DNA of 64,000 nt from Desulfatiglandales bacterium (GTDB lineage: Bacteria; Desulfobacterota; DSM-4660; Desulfatiglandales; Desulfatiglandaceae): the NCBI GenBank assembly GCA_963662465.1, contig OY759599.1, positions 2,176,001 through 2,240,000 of the forward strand, given 5' to 3'. Both the position numbers and the translations under genes were made by a program. Below, in pieces: positions 47,763 to 58,919 of the stretch. Within the stretch, counting starts at the first letter, position 1. Each line of letters starts with the position of its first letter. Under the pieces are notes generated by a model. It was not told where the DNA came from. It made no database searches and worked only from the letters and a program-made list of their open reading frames with translations.

Positions 47763-49853
47763 ATGAAAGAAACCGGGGAGAGCAGCCCTGAAACCACCAA
47801 CCTGCGAAAGCGAGCCGAGAAGTTCCCGCACAAACCCCTTTCCGACCTAAAGGAATTGTCCCCGGAAGAGCTCAAGGGGTTGATCGAGGCGTTGCGCATC
47901 CACCAGGTGGAGCTGGAAATGCAGGGGGAGGATCTGCGTCGGTCCCATGGGGAACTGGAAGACGCCCGCAATCGGTATCGGGAGCTGTACGATTTTGCGC
48001 CGGTGGGATACCTCACCGTCAGTGAAAAGGGGATGATTCAGGCGGCAAATCTTTCTGCCGCCACCTTGCTGGGGGTGGGCCGGAGTACCCTTGTGGGGAT
48101 ACCGTTTTCCGGTTTTGTGGCCAAAAGCGACCAGGATATTTTCTATCTCCATAGAACGATGCTTCTGGAGACCCGGGAAAAACAAACCTGTGAATTGAGA
48201 CTCGTGAAAAAGGATGGCCGGGAATTCTATGCCCAACTGGAATGCATCGTGGTGGCGCGTAACGGCGAAAAACCCATCAGCATCTTCAGCGTTTTCAGGG
48301 ATATTTCAAAGCGAAAAAAAGCCGAAAAAGCGCTTTCGGTCAGCGAGAAACGCCACCGCATGATGATCGAGAACATGAGCAGCGGTGTGGCGGTTTATGA
48401 GACGAAGGATAATGGGGCCTCCTTTGTTTTCAAGGATTTCAATCCGGCGGCGGAGCGCATCAGTCATATCAGCCGAGAAAAAGTGATCGGCAGGGAGCTT
48501 CTGGAACTTTTTCCCAATATGGATCGGTTCGGACTGGTGGACGTCCTTAAGCGGGTATGGAAGACCGGGCAAAATGAAAGGCTTCAGGCCGGGTATTATG
48601 GTGATGATCAGCGCCGGGGATGGCGGGATAATCGCATCTACAAACTCCCCTCCGGGGAGGTAGTAGCCATCTATGATGATGTGACGAAAGAAAAAGAGGC
48701 GGAAGAAAAACTGCAAAAAAGCGAAGCGAAATACCGAGACCTGGTGGAGAACATTAATGATATTATCTATGCCGTTAATGTGGACGGGGTCATCACCTAC
48801 ATCAGCCCCACCGTGAAGGGGCTTTTGGGGTATCAGCCCGCGCAAATGGTCGGCAAAAACATTCTGGAATTCATGTATCAGGATTGTTGGGATGAGGTGC
48901 GACAGGATTTGAAAAAGATGGCGGTGTCGGGGTGTTCAGAACCCAAAACATGTCGCATGGTCACCCGGAAAAGCGACGTGGTCTGGGTCAGGAATTCCAT
49001 ACGCCCAATGGCTCAAAACGGCGCCATAATCGGTGCTCAGGGGACGTTAACGGATATTACCGAATCGAAAAAACTGGAGGAGGAACTCAGGCAGGCCCAC
49101 AAGATGGAGGCCATCGGCAAACTGGCAGGCGGCATCGCCCATGAGTTCAACAACGTCCTGGGCATCATTTTGGGAAACGCCGAACTGGCGCTCGATGATG
49201 TGCCGGACTGGAATCCGGCCAGGGAGTCCTTAAGTGAAATTCGGGTCGCATCTCTCAGGGCCAAGGCAGTGGTGCAGCAAATTCTCAGTTTTGCCCAAAA
49301 AACCATGACGGGCTTAAAACCCGTGGAGATGACCGAAATTATCAGGGAATCTCTCAAACTGATGCGCGCGGCAGTGCCGGCCACCATTGAAATCCGGCAG
49401 GAGTTGCCTTCAGAACCCCGGATGATCCTGGGGCATCCGGACGAAATCCGTCAGATCCTGATGAACCTTTGCACCAATGCCGCGGACGCCATGAAAGAGA
49501 GGGGTGGGGTCCTTGAGGTGAGCCTCCGGAATGAAGAATTGAGAGTGAAGAATGATACCCTGGGTCTGGCGCCGGGCAGCTATACCAAGCTGACCGTGAA
49601 AGACAACGGGAACGGCATCCCCCGCGAGATCTTGAAAAAGATTTTTGACCCCTATTTTACCACCAAGGACGTGGGCCAGGGAACCGGGATGGGACTGGCC
49701 GTGGTGCAGGGACTTGTCAAGAAATGCCATGGCGCCATCGACATCCGAAGCCCCATGGGCCGGGGAACGGTTGTGGATGTTTTTTTCCCGAATTTGATAA
49801 TATCTGAAACAAAGGAGCCGGAACATGCAAAAAACCGGGAAGACGAACCTTAA
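47763..49853 (+). CDS. triple-PAS histidine kinase
   Basis: HQVELEMQ coiled coil, GGIAHEFNN, GTGMGL; no receiver. Confidence 0.9.
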   Translation: MKETGESSPETTNLRKRAEKFPHKPLSDLKELSPEELKGLIEALRIHQVELEMQGEDLRRSHGELEDARNRYRELYDFAPVGYLTVSEKGMIQAANLSAATLLGVGRSTLVGIPFSGFVAKSDQDIFYLHRTMLLETREKQTCELRLVKKDGREFYAQLECIVVARNGEKPISIFSVFRDISKRKKAEKALSVSEKRHRMMIENMSSGVAVYETKDNGASFVFKDFNPAAERISHISREKVIGRELLELFPNMDRFGLVDVLKRVWKTGQNERLQAGYYGDDQRRGWRDNRIYKLPSGEVVAIYDDVTKEKEAEEKLQKSEAKYRDLVENINDIIYAVNVDGVITYISPTVKGLLGYQPAQMVGKNILEFMYQDCWDEVRQDLKKMAVSGCSEPKTCRMVTRKSDVVWVRNSIRPMAQNGAIIGAQGTLTDITESKKLEEELRQAHKMEAIGKLAGGIAHEFNNVLGIILGNAELALDDVPDWNPARESLSEIRVASLRAKAVVQQILSFAQKTMTGLKPVEMTEIIRESLKLMRAAVPATIEIRQELPSEPRMILGHPDEIRQILMNLCTNAADAMKERGGVLEVSLRNEELRVKNDTLGLAPGSYTKLTVKDNGNGIPREILKKIFDPYFTTKDVGQGTGMGLAVVQGLVKKCHGAIDIRSPMGRGTVVDVFFPNLIISETKEPEHAKNREDEP

Positions 49854-51906
49854 ATCCACCGACCTGCGAAGGCGGGCCGAGGAATTCCTACACAAAACCC
49901 CTTCAGACATGAAGGCGATGACCGCCGAAGACCTAAAGAGCTTGATCGAGGAGTTGCAGGTCCACCAGGTGGAGCTGGAAATGCAGGGAGACGAACTGCG
50001 AAAATCCCATCTGGAATTGGAGGAGTCCCGCGATCGGTATCTGGATCTCTATGATTTTGCACCGGTGGGATATTTCACCGTCAGTGAAAAGGGGATGATC
50101 CTGGAGGCGAATCTTACGGCTGCCACCCTGTTGGGAGTGGCGCGGAGCACCCTTGTGGGCATGCTGTTTTCCGGGTTTATTGCGGAAGAAGATAAGGACC
50201 TTTTCTATTTTCATCGGCGGAAGCTGCTGGAGAGTCGGGATCGAGAGCGCTACGAATTGAAATTCGTAAAAAAGGATGGCCCGGAATTCTACGCCGGACT
50301 GGAATGCGTTTATGTGGAAAAGCCCGAGCAGGAATTGAAGGGCTTTCGCATTTCCCTGATCGACATCGATGAACGGAAAAATGCGGAAATGGCCCTGACT
50401 GAATCCGAATGGCAAAAAACCTTGATCCTTAATTCCACCACCGCAAGGATTTTCTTCGTGGATAAAGGGTTGACGGTAAAATGGGGCAACCGGGTGGCCC
50501 GTGAATTGGCGGGTCTTTCGGCAACGGAACTTGAGGGAAAGTCTTGCTATGAAATCTGGCAGGGACGTGATACCCCTTGCGAAAAATGTCCGGTATTGAG
50601 CGCCATTGAAACGGGGGAACCCATGGAAGGTGAAATGACGGATCCCAATGGGACCTATTGGTATATGAGGGCCTATCCCGTATTTGGAGATGACGGTAAG
50701 CTTCTGGGCATATCGGAGGTCTCACATGATATCACAAAGCAAAAAGACCTTGAGGCGCAACTCCGGCAGTCCCAAAAGATGGAGGCCATGGGAAGTCTGG
50801 TCGGCGGCATTGCCCATGATTTCAACAATATTCTGGCCGTTATCCTGGGAAATGCGGAACTGGCCGTCGATGACGTGCCCCCCTTAAATCCCGCGAGCCT
50901 ATGTTTAAAGGAAATCCGCATCGCCGCCATCCGGGCGAAAGAAATGGTTCAGCAACTGCTGGCCTTCAGCCGCAAGAGCGGCCAGACGAACAACCCTCTG
51001 GATATAGCGCCCATCATTCGGGACTCCATAAAAATGCTTCGTTCCGCCATCCCCACCAGCGTGGTTTTCAAAGAGCACATTGCGGAAGACCCCTGCGTCG
51101 TTCTGGCGGATGCCGCTCAGATCAACCAGATCATGATGAACTTGGTGACCAACGCGGCACATGCCATGCCTGAAGAAAAAGGCCTTGTGGAAGTGACCCT
51201 TGAAAACCGATTTTTTCGGAAAGAAACGCCATGTTTTAACTGGGTACTGCCCCCCGGATACTACGCGAGGCTGAGCGTGAGGGATACGGGCGAAGGCATG
51301 GATCCCAGTCTTATGGATCGGATCTTCGACCCCTATTTTACCACCAAGGAAGTGGGCAAGGGGACGGGCATGGGTCTTTCGGTGGTACACGGCATCGTAA
51401 AGCAACACGGGGGCGGCATAAGAGTTGAGAGCGAACCGGGGAAGGGAACGCTCTTTGAGGTTTATTTTCCTGCGGTGAAAAAGCCCATTATGGAAGAAAA
51501 AGAGCCCGAGGGAGATATGAGCGGGGGTTCCGAGAACATCCTGTTTGTGGATGATGACGCTGCCATCGTGAACCTGAACCACAAGCGCCTGGAACGGCTG
51601 GGGTACAGGGTGAACAGTACCCGGAAGCCCGAAGAAGCTCTGAAATGGTTCAAGGCCGACCCGGAGGGGTTCGACCTGGTGATCACGGACATGACCATGC
51701 CGGGGATCACCGGGGACAGACTGGCCATGGAGATCCTGGAAATCCGGCCCCATATGCCAATTATCCTCTGTACCGGCTACAGCGGGAGGATGTCCGCAAC
51801 GGAAGCGGAGGCCATGGGAGTGCGCAAATATCTTGAAAAGCCCTTCAGCGCCGGAGAAATAGCATCGGCCATTCGAGAGGTTTTGGAGGAGAAGGCGGGA
51901 TGCTGA
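49825..51906 (+). CDS. PAS-PAS hybrid histidine kinase
   Basis: GGIAHDFNN, GTGMGL, C-terminal receiver. Confidence 0.92.
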   Translation: MQKTGKTNLKSTDLRRRAEEFLHKTPSDMKAMTAEDLKSLIEELQVHQVELEMQGDELRKSHLELEESRDRYLDLYDFAPVGYFTVSEKGMILEANLTAATLLGVARSTLVGMLFSGFIAEEDKDLFYFHRRKLLESRDRERYELKFVKKDGPEFYAGLECVYVEKPEQELKGFRISLIDIDERKNAEMALTESEWQKTLILNSTTARIFFVDKGLTVKWGNRVARELAGLSATELEGKSCYEIWQGRDTPCEKCPVLSAIETGEPMEGEMTDPNGTYWYMRAYPVFGDDGKLLGISEVSHDITKQKDLEAQLRQSQKMEAMGSLVGGIAHDFNNILAVILGNAELAVDDVPPLNPASLCLKEIRIAAIRAKEMVQQLLAFSRKSGQTNNPLDIAPIIRDSIKMLRSAIPTSVVFKEHIAEDPCVVLADAAQINQIMMNLVTNAAHAMPEEKGLVEVTLENRFFRKETPCFNWVLPPGYYARLSVRDTGEGMDPSLMDRIFDPYFTTKEVGKGTGMGLSVVHGIVKQHGGGIRVESEPGKGTLFEVYFPAVKKPIMEEKEPEGDMSGGSENILFVDDDAAIVNLNHKRLERLGYRVNSTRKPEEALKWFKADPEGFDLVITDMTMPGITGDRLAMEILEIRPHMPIILCTGYSGRMSATEAEAMGVRKYLEKPFSAGEIASAIREVLEEKAGC

Positions 51907-52067
51907 ATTCCGCCCCTCATTGCTTCTACTTTCACAACCGGAATGAGGCTTCGATCTGAGTGAATACCATCAAGAAATGAAAGGAGACTGTTAATGCCTT
52001 ATCCAGAAGATCTCAATATCACTGGATCCTGTTGAAGATTTAGAAAAGGGTCTTTAGAGGTGAAAGC

Positions 52068-52226
52068 ATGAGAGAGTCAATAAAGGAGGCAATAGGCGAG
52101 ACTGTTCAGAATTTAATGGACGCCGGTATCAAGACATCTTTTACCGAAAGGGAACTGCGTTCACTTGGCGTCAAAATCCCGGAGGTTCAGGGTCTTGAAC
52201 ACGATTCACAGGATTTATCACGATGA
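52068..52226 (+). pseudogene. truncated small gene, probably the N-terminus of an XRE/HigA-like antitoxin
   Basis: MRESIKEAIGETVQNLMDAGIKTSFTERELRSLGVKIPEVQ then runs into an inverted-repeat element; GAGGTG RBS. Confidence 0.5.
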
Positions 52227-52353
52227 ACAGGATTAGAAAACGACGTTCGGGCAAGTTCCTTAAAACAAAATGACACTCCTCGTTCTGATTTGTTTGCAGT
52301 TTATCGGTCAGTGGTAATCCTGTCCATCATTTAATCTTTTAAATCGTGTTCAA
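52195..52353. repeat. inverted-repeat element with ACAGGAT-type short repeats
   Basis: TTGAACACGATT (52195) / AATCGTGTTCAA (52353); ACAGGATT vs AATCCTGT inside. Confidence 0.7.
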
Positions 52354-54371
52354 ACAGCGACATTCACCGCCCCCCCCTGACCGGTTCCAAAAAGAACCGA
52401 CATTTCCGCAAGCTTTTCCGGTGACGCCAAAACCACGATGATATCGTTTTCCAGAAACAGGGTATCGGCGTCGGGATCGGAGATAATCTGTTTTTTCCGG
52501 CTGATGGCCAGGAGGGTCACCCCGTATTTTCTCCTTAACTCGATTTCCGAAAGTGTCTTTCCGGCAAAGGGAGAGTCGCCGTGAACCCGCAGGGTACTGA
52601 TCTGCACCTCGGGGAGGTAGGCTTGCAGGTCGCAGGCCGAGGGGGTGTTCTTGGCGAGGCTTCGAAGCATGCCGTATCCATCGGCTCGCAACTCCCCCAC
52701 GAAGCGTTCAATTTCATCTCTGGGGATGAGATATTTGGTCAGAACCCTGGAAAAAATTTCCACAGAGGTCTCCAGTTCTTCGGGGATCACTTCGTTCGCC
52801 CCCAGTTCGTAGAGATGCGGCATTTCCTGAACAAAACGGGTTCGGGTGATAATGTGGATATTGGGATTCAGATGTCTGGCCATGACCGTAATCCGCTGGG
52901 TCGCCGCGGGATCGACGATGACCAGCACAATGACCCTGGCGGTTTTAATTTGCGCATGGGCAAGAACCTCTTCCTGGCCCGCATCGCCGTAAAAGATGGG
53001 CTCCCCCTTCTTCTTTTCCACCCGCACCGTTTCAGGATTCATCTCAATAATCACATAGGGAATTTTTGCCAGCTGCGCCGTTCGGGCGACATTCCGCCCC
53101 ATAACCCCGAAACCCACGACGATCAGATGGTTTTTGAGATTCCCTTCTTTACCGGTATCGGTTAACGCCTGAAACGGGTAAAGCCCCGTTCGAAGCTTCC
53201 CAGGCATGGGCAGACGGGAAAAAAATCCGGATATTTCATGTCCGTAGGAAATAATGAAGGGGGTTGCCGCCATGGTCAGAACGGAGACGGACAAAAACAA
53301 CTGAAAGGCCTCTCCATCCAGAAGCCCGTATTTGAGCCCCGTTTCCGACAGGATAAATGAAAATTCCCCCACCTGGCCGAGCTCCAGCCCCACCAGGGCG
53401 GCGGTGCGAAAGGGGAGGCCCAGGCTGAGCGCCGCAACGGTTGCCAAAAAGGACTTTACAAAAATCACCGCCAGGGTCAGCAAAAACACCAGTATCGGGT
53501 TGGCCAACAGAAACCGGATATCCAGGAGCATGCCGATGGAGAGGAAAAAGAAACTGGTGAAAATATCCCGAAAGGGAAGAATATTCCCCAGGGCCTGATG
53601 GCTGTAGGGAGATTCGGAGATGGTCAGCCCCGCCATGAACGCGCCCAGGGCCAGGGATAGATGCATACTGTGGGTCAGCCAGGCCACGGCCAGGCATAGG
53701 AATACGATGGTCAGCAAAAAGAGTTCCCGACTTCGAGTCCGGGCCATATAATAGAGTATTTTCGGGACCACCCATTGAGACCCCACGATAACCATCACAA
53801 TAATGCCGACGGCCTGGACCGCCAGAAGCGGCAGGGATAGCCCCGATCCTTCGGCGCTTCCCGCCAGCATAGGGGTAAAGATGATCATAGGGACAATGAT
53901 GATGTCCTGAAAAATGAGGATGCCGAGAATGGTTTGTCCATGGGGGCTTTCCATTTCGGCCCGTTCCTGCAGCAGCTTCAACACAATGGCGGTACTGCTG
54001 AGCGATATGAGAAAACCCGCGAAAACAGCGCCGCCAAAAGTCTGATGAGCCTGTGTGAGGAGTCCCCATACAACCGCAATGGTCAACAGCACCTGGGCCG
54101 CGCCGCCCAGCAGCACCGCCCGCTTGATGCGAATGAGATCCTTGATGGAAAACTCCATGCCGATGGTAAAGAGGAGCATCACCACCCCGATTTCCGCCAG
54201 GACTTTGACTTCTTTATCGGCGGTAATCAACCCCAGTCCGTGGGGGCCCGCCAGCAAACCGGATACCAGAAACCCGACGATGGCCGGAATCCGCAGTCGG
54301 TGACAGATGAACAGCACCGCCATGGAGAGTCCAAACAAAATAATGATGTCTTTAAAAAGCGGTATTTCCAT
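52350..54371 (-). CDS. CPA2-family (Kef-like) cation/H+ antiporter with TrkA-N and TrkA-C
   Basis: SLSSTAIV, FQD, GEFSF, GFGVMG. Confidence 0.92.
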   Translation of the reverse strand: MEIPLFKDIIILFGLSMAVLFICHRLRIPAIVGFLVSGLLAGPHGLGLITADKEVKVLAEIGVVMLLFTIGMEFSIKDLIRIKRAVLLGGAAQVLLTIAVVWGLLTQAHQTFGGAVFAGFLISLSSTAIVLKLLQERAEMESPHGQTILGILIFQDIIIVPMIIFTPMLAGSAEGSGLSLPLLAVQAVGIIVMVIVGSQWVVPKILYYMARTRSRELFLLTIVFLCLAVAWLTHSMHLSLALGAFMAGLTISESPYSHQALGNILPFRDIFTSFFFLSIGMLLDIRFLLANPILVFLLTLAVIFVKSFLATVAALSLGLPFRTAALVGLELGQVGEFSFILSETGLKYGLLDGEAFQLFLSVSVLTMAATPFIISYGHEISGFFSRLPMPGKLRTGLYPFQALTDTGKEGNLKNHLIVVGFGVMGRNVARTAQLAKIPYVIIEMNPETVRVEKKKGEPIFYGDAGQEEVLAHAQIKTARVIVLVIVDPAATQRITVMARHLNPNIHIITRTRFVQEMPHLYELGANEVIPEELETSVEIFSRVLTKYLIPRDEIERFVGELRADGYGMLRSLAKNTPSACDLQAYLPEVQISTLRVHGDSPFAGKTLSEIELRRKYGVTLLAISRKKQIISDPDADTLFLENDIIVVLASPEKLAEMSVLFGTGQGGAVNVAV

Positions 54372-54499
54372 GGGGCGATCATATGGGAATGCGGTCTTTG
54401 TGTCAATCCGTGCGAGGGGGAAATAATGTTTTCATATTCTTGGGTATTTTGATAGACTTCAAAAAATGTCTTGGCTGGAGAGGCGATATAGAGGATTTT

Positions 54500-56485
54500 A
54501 TGATGGTCGGAAAACCTATCTGCGAAGAATTGGAACAAAGGGTCAAGGAATTGGAGCATGAAGCGTTTGAACGTAGGGGAGTCGAAGAGGCGCTGCGGGA
54601 AAGCGAAGCAAAATACAGGAGAGTTTCCGATAACTCACCTGCCGTCCTCTACCAGTTCATGATGACGTCGGATGGCGCCTTCAGTTTCCCCTATGTGAGC
54701 GATGTGGTGGATGCCACAATGGGCATCAGCGCTGAAGAGATCATGAAGGATGCATCAAATATGTTTGACGGGGTGCATCCCGAGGACCAAAAATTATTTC
54801 AAGAAAGCATCAGGAAATCCGCCGAATCTCTTGCATCCTTCCCCGTAACATTCCGCTACATGAAAGATGGGGAAGTGATATGGATGGAAGCGCGTGGAAC
54901 GCCTTCGCTCCTGGCGGACGGCGGCATTCTCTGGGACGGGTTTTTACTGGATGTCACTGAACGCAAACAGATGCAGGAAGCGTTGCGGGAAAGTGAAAAA
55001 AAGTATCGTTCAATGATGGAATCCATGCATGACCCCGTGTACATCTGTTCTCCGGATTACCATGTGGAATATATGAACGCGGCCATGGTTAAACGGATTG
55101 GTCGCAATGCCGTGGGGGAGCTTTGCTATAAAGCGTTAAACGAACTGGACCATAAATGTCCGTGGTGTGTTTACGATAAAGTGCAGAAGGGTGAGAATTG
55201 CGTGACGGAAATTTTCAGTTTGAAGGACGACCGTACTTACAGCATTTCTCATTCCCCTGTTCATCATTTGGATGGGTCCGTTTCAAAACTATCCATTTAC
55301 CGGGATATTACTGAAATAAAGGCCATTGAACAACAACTTCAACAATCCCGGAAAATGGAGGCCATCGCAACCCTGGCCGGGGGGGTCGCCCATCAGTTCA
55401 ACAACGCGCTCTCCGCCATTACCGGCTATACCGAATTACTTGAGATGAATTACCCTCAGGATGAGACGATCGTAGCCTATGCCGGGACCATGAAGCAGGC
55501 CGCCCATCGCATGGCCCACCTCACCCATCAGTTGCTTTCCTATGCCAGGGGAGGGAAATATATGCCGCTGCCCATATCCCTGAGCAGGTTCGTTGAAGAT
55601 ACCCTACCCTTGATTCGACATACCCTGAAACCGGGTATCCGCCTGGAAACCGACTTTCCGCCGGATGTTATGAATGTGGTGGCTGATAAAACCCAGATGC
55701 AGCTGGTCCTTTCCGCCATCGTGGCCAATTCCAATGAGGCCGTCGATGAGCCGGGTCGGATCAGGATTTCTCTAAGAAACATAGTGGTTGAAGGGGATTC
55801 CAGAAAGGATCATCCGGATCTTAAACCCGGTCCTTATGTCTGCCTTTCCATTGAAGATGATGGAAAAGGGATGGATAAGGAGACCCGAGACCGAATATTT
55901 GAGCCCTTCTTCACCACCCATTTTATCGGTCGAGGACTTGGAATGCCGGCGGCCTACGGTATTGTCAAGAATCACCATGGCGCCATCGCCGTTGACTCGG
56001 AATTGGGGAAGTGGACCCTCGTCAAACTCTATCTTCCCGCCATTGGGAAGATGGAACCGGCGGCGGAGGAAGTTGTTTCAGGGCCCGAGGCGGCGCCTGC
56101 CGAAGGAGAAGGCACCATCCTGGTGATTGAGGATGAAGCGCCTTTGTTGAAGATGAACAGGTGGATACTGGAGAAACTCGGTTATCGGGTCCTTGAAGCC
56201 ATGACCGGGGAGGCGGCGCTTGCATTGGCCAGAACCTTTGATGGTCGGATCGATCTGGCATTGCTCGACATGAAATTGCCTGATATGTACGGCGACAAAG
56301 TGTATCCGCTTATCATGGAAGCGAGACCAAATTTGAAGGTGATCGTGTGCAGCGGTTACGACATAGACGGTCCTGCCCAGGAGGTCCTTGATGCGGGCGC
56401 TGAAGGCTTCGTCCAGAAACCCTTTTCCATCGCCATACTGGCCGATAAATTAAAGGAGGTGCTGGGCGGGATTTCTTTTGCATAA
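54500..56485 (+). CDS. PAS-PAS hybrid histidine kinase
   Basis: GGVAHQFNN, GRGLGM, C-terminal receiver. Confidence 0.9.
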   Translation: MMVGKPICEELEQRVKELEHEAFERRGVEEALRESEAKYRRVSDNSPAVLYQFMMTSDGAFSFPYVSDVVDATMGISAEEIMKDASNMFDGVHPEDQKLFQESIRKSAESLASFPVTFRYMKDGEVIWMEARGTPSLLADGGILWDGFLLDVTERKQMQEALRESEKKYRSMMESMHDPVYICSPDYHVEYMNAAMVKRIGRNAVGELCYKALNELDHKCPWCVYDKVQKGENCVTEIFSLKDDRTYSISHSPVHHLDGSVSKLSIYRDITEIKAIEQQLQQSRKMEAIATLAGGVAHQFNNALSAITGYTELLEMNYPQDETIVAYAGTMKQAAHRMAHLTHQLLSYARGGKYMPLPISLSRFVEDTLPLIRHTLKPGIRLETDFPPDVMNVVADKTQMQLVLSAIVANSNEAVDEPGRIRISLRNIVVEGDSRKDHPDLKPGPYVCLSIEDDGKGMDKETRDRIFEPFFTTHFIGRGLGMPAAYGIVKNHHGAIAVDSELGKWTLVKLYLPAIGKMEPAAEEVVSGPEAAPAEGEGTILVIEDEAPLLKMNRWILEKLGYRVLEAMTGEAALALARTFDGRIDLALLDMKLPDMYGDKVYPLIMEARPNLKVIVCSGYDIDGPAQEVLDAGAEGFVQKPFSIAILADKLKEVLGGISFA

Positions 56486-56532
56486 ATATCGTTCGTCAAA
56501 ACACTACACCGTGAATAAAGGAAGGAAAAACT

Positions 56533-57345
56533 ATGGAATCAATTTTAGCTCAAATAAAAGAAATTCTGACTATTTATGGAATCCGCATCATCGCGGCCCT
56601 GGCCATATTCGTGATCGGTCGATGGGTTAGCAAGGGTATTCGAAACCTGATTCATCGCATCATGACAAGAAGCAAGGTGGACAAAACGCTCATTTCATTT
56701 GTCTGCAGCCTGTCCTATGTGGCCATGCTGGCGTTCGTGATCGTTGCCGCCCTCAGCAAATTGGGCATCGAAACCACTTCGATCATTGCCGTCATGGGCG
56801 CCGCGGGCCTGGCCATTGGTCTGGCCCTGAAAGGATCACTGTCCAATTTTGCCGCCGGCGTACTGATGATTATCTTCCGCCCTTTCAAAGTCGGAGAGTA
56901 TATCGAGGGAGGGGGAACCGCAGGCACGGTGGAAGAGATTCAGATCTTCAGCACGCAGCTCAAAAGCGCGGACAACAAAACCATTATCGTTCCCAACGCC
57001 AAGCTGCTCGACAGCACTATCATCAATTACTCGGCCAAGGGAACCCGTCGTGTGGATATGACATTCGGCATCGGCTATGACGACGATATCGATAAGGCGC
57101 GATCCGTCATTCGAGAAATCATTGATAAAGACGAACGGGTGATGAAAGATAAGGACATAATGGTGGTCGTTTCCGCCCTGGCCGACAGCAGCGTGAACTT
57201 CACGGTTCGGGTCTGGACGAAATCGAGCGACTACTGGGGGGTTTTCGTCGATACCACTGAGGCCGTCAAGAAACGGTTCGACGCTGAAAGCATCAGCATC
57301 CCCTACCCCCAGCAGGACGTTCACCTTTACGAGCATAAATCATAG
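56533..57345 (+). CDS. mscS: small-conductance mechanosensitive channel
   Basis: GAAGLAIGLAL..SLSNFAAG, RPFKVG, IPYPQ. Confidence 0.92.
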   Translation: MESILAQIKEILTIYGIRIIAALAIFVIGRWVSKGIRNLIHRIMTRSKVDKTLISFVCSLSYVAMLAFVIVAALSKLGIETTSIIAVMGAAGLAIGLALKGSLSNFAAGVLMIIFRPFKVGEYIEGGGTAGTVEEIQIFSTQLKSADNKTIIVPNAKLLDSTIINYSAKGTRRVDMTFGIGYDDDIDKARSVIREIIDKDERVMKDKDIMVVVSALADSSVNFTVRVWTKSSDYWGVFVDTTEAVKKRFDAESISIPYPQQDVHLYEHKS

Positions 57346-57349
57346 CGTT

Positions 57350-58162
57350 TCAAAGGTATTCCCGCCGCAGTTGCGCCACGATGTCGTCGGTCAATTTTTC
57401 GCGCTTTCGAAGTTCGGCAAATTTATCCAGGAGATCATCCACCGACAGGTGCGCCTTTTCACTGGCTGGGATATCGTCGATGATTCGCCCCTGGTGCATC
57501 ATAACGGTCCTGTTTCCCAGTTCAATGGCCTGCTGCATGCTGTGGGTCACCATGATGGTCGTTAATTTGCCCGCCTCGATGAATCGGCGGGTCAATGCAA
57601 TCACCTGAGCGCTTGATTTGGGATCAAGGGCCGCAGTGTGTTCATCCAGGAGAAGGACCTTGGGTTTCCGGATCACCGCCATGAGCAGGGTCAGGGCCTG
57701 ACGCTGCCCACCGGACAGGGTTCCGATAACATCTTCCAGGCGCGTCTCCAGCTGCATTTCCAGGAGCGCCACTTCCTTTTTAAAGCGGACCATCATCTCT
57801 TTGTTGAGGCTGACCCGGGGGTAATGTCCGCAGCCCCTCAGGATCGCCATCAAAAGGTTTTCGGCAATGGTCATCCCGGGCGCCGTGCCGGTATAGGGAT
57901 TCTGGAAAACGCGGGAGATAGACCCGGCCCGCTTGAAATCCCGCTGAAAAGTAACATCTTTTCCGTCCACGACAATGCTCCCGGAATCCGGGAAAAACGT
58001 GCCTGCCACCGCATTCAAAAGGGTGGATTTACCAGACCCGTTGGTGCCGATGATGGTGACAAAATCGCCTTTTTGCACATGAAGCGCGATGCCTCTCAAA
58101 GCATAGACCTCATTGGGGGTCCCAGCATTGAATCTCTTGTGAAAATCGCTGATCCGTATCAT
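57350..58162 (-). CDS. ABC transporter ATP-binding protein
   Basis: GTNGSGKST, LSGGQ, LLLDEHTAALDP. Confidence 0.93.
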   Translation of the reverse strand: MIRISDFHKRFNAGTPNEVYALRGIALHVQKGDFVTIIGTNGSGKSTLLNAVAGTFFPDSGSIVVDGKDVTFQRDFKRAGSISRVFQNPYTGTAPGMTIAENLLMAILRGCGHYPRVSLNKEMMVRFKKEVALLEMQLETRLEDVIGTLSGGQRQALTLLMAVIRKPKVLLLDEHTAALDPKSSAQVIALTRRFIEAGKLTTIMVTHSMQQAIELGNRTVMMHQGRIIDDIPASEKAHLSVDDLLDKFAELRKREKLTDDIVAQLRREYL

Positions 58163-58919
58163 GGCTTTCCCTCTATCCGTGCGGCCCGACCGTGGATACA
58201 GGTGGCATCAGCCAGAAGATCGTTCGGCAGGGAAATCCCCAGCTCCCTTGCCACATCCAGGTTCAAACCAAAGGTCATTTTCCGGTAACGTTCAAAGGGA
58301 ATTTTTGCCGGGTCCTCCCCTTTCAGTATCCGGTCCACCAGACGCGCCGCCTGCATGCCGCTCATGGCATAATCATAACCGAGGGTCGCCAAAGCGCCAT
58401 CCGACAAGCGCTCCACGTCGCTCATGAATATGGGAATTTTCCCGGATCGGGCGGCTTTGACCACCGATTCAAAAGCCGAATAAACAATGTTGTCGGGCGC
58501 CAGCACAAAGGCGTCAATCCCCCGGTTCACCAGGGAACGGGCCGCCTCGTACACCTCGGATGAACCGGTAATGGCGGCCCCCACGACGGTTATATGACCG
58601 GATGCGGCCGCAGCCTTTTTCAGGTTCTCCACATTGAACACGGAATTGGCATGGGCGGGATCCCATATGGTTCCGATGGTAATCGTTCCCGGAACGAGCC
58701 TGCGAACAATCTCAAGGGTCTTTTCCATGGGGACCCACCCATCAGAGTTCCTGGTAAATGACCTTTACGCAACTTAACTGTTTGAAATCGTTATACTGGA
58801 GCTTCTCATAATTTCGTGTGCATTTCAGATTTTAGTGCAGCGTAACTAGCTGAAAATATTAGGTGGGGCAAAATATTTTTTTTATTGACAAATGAAAACT
58901 GAAAAATTATCTTCAGACC

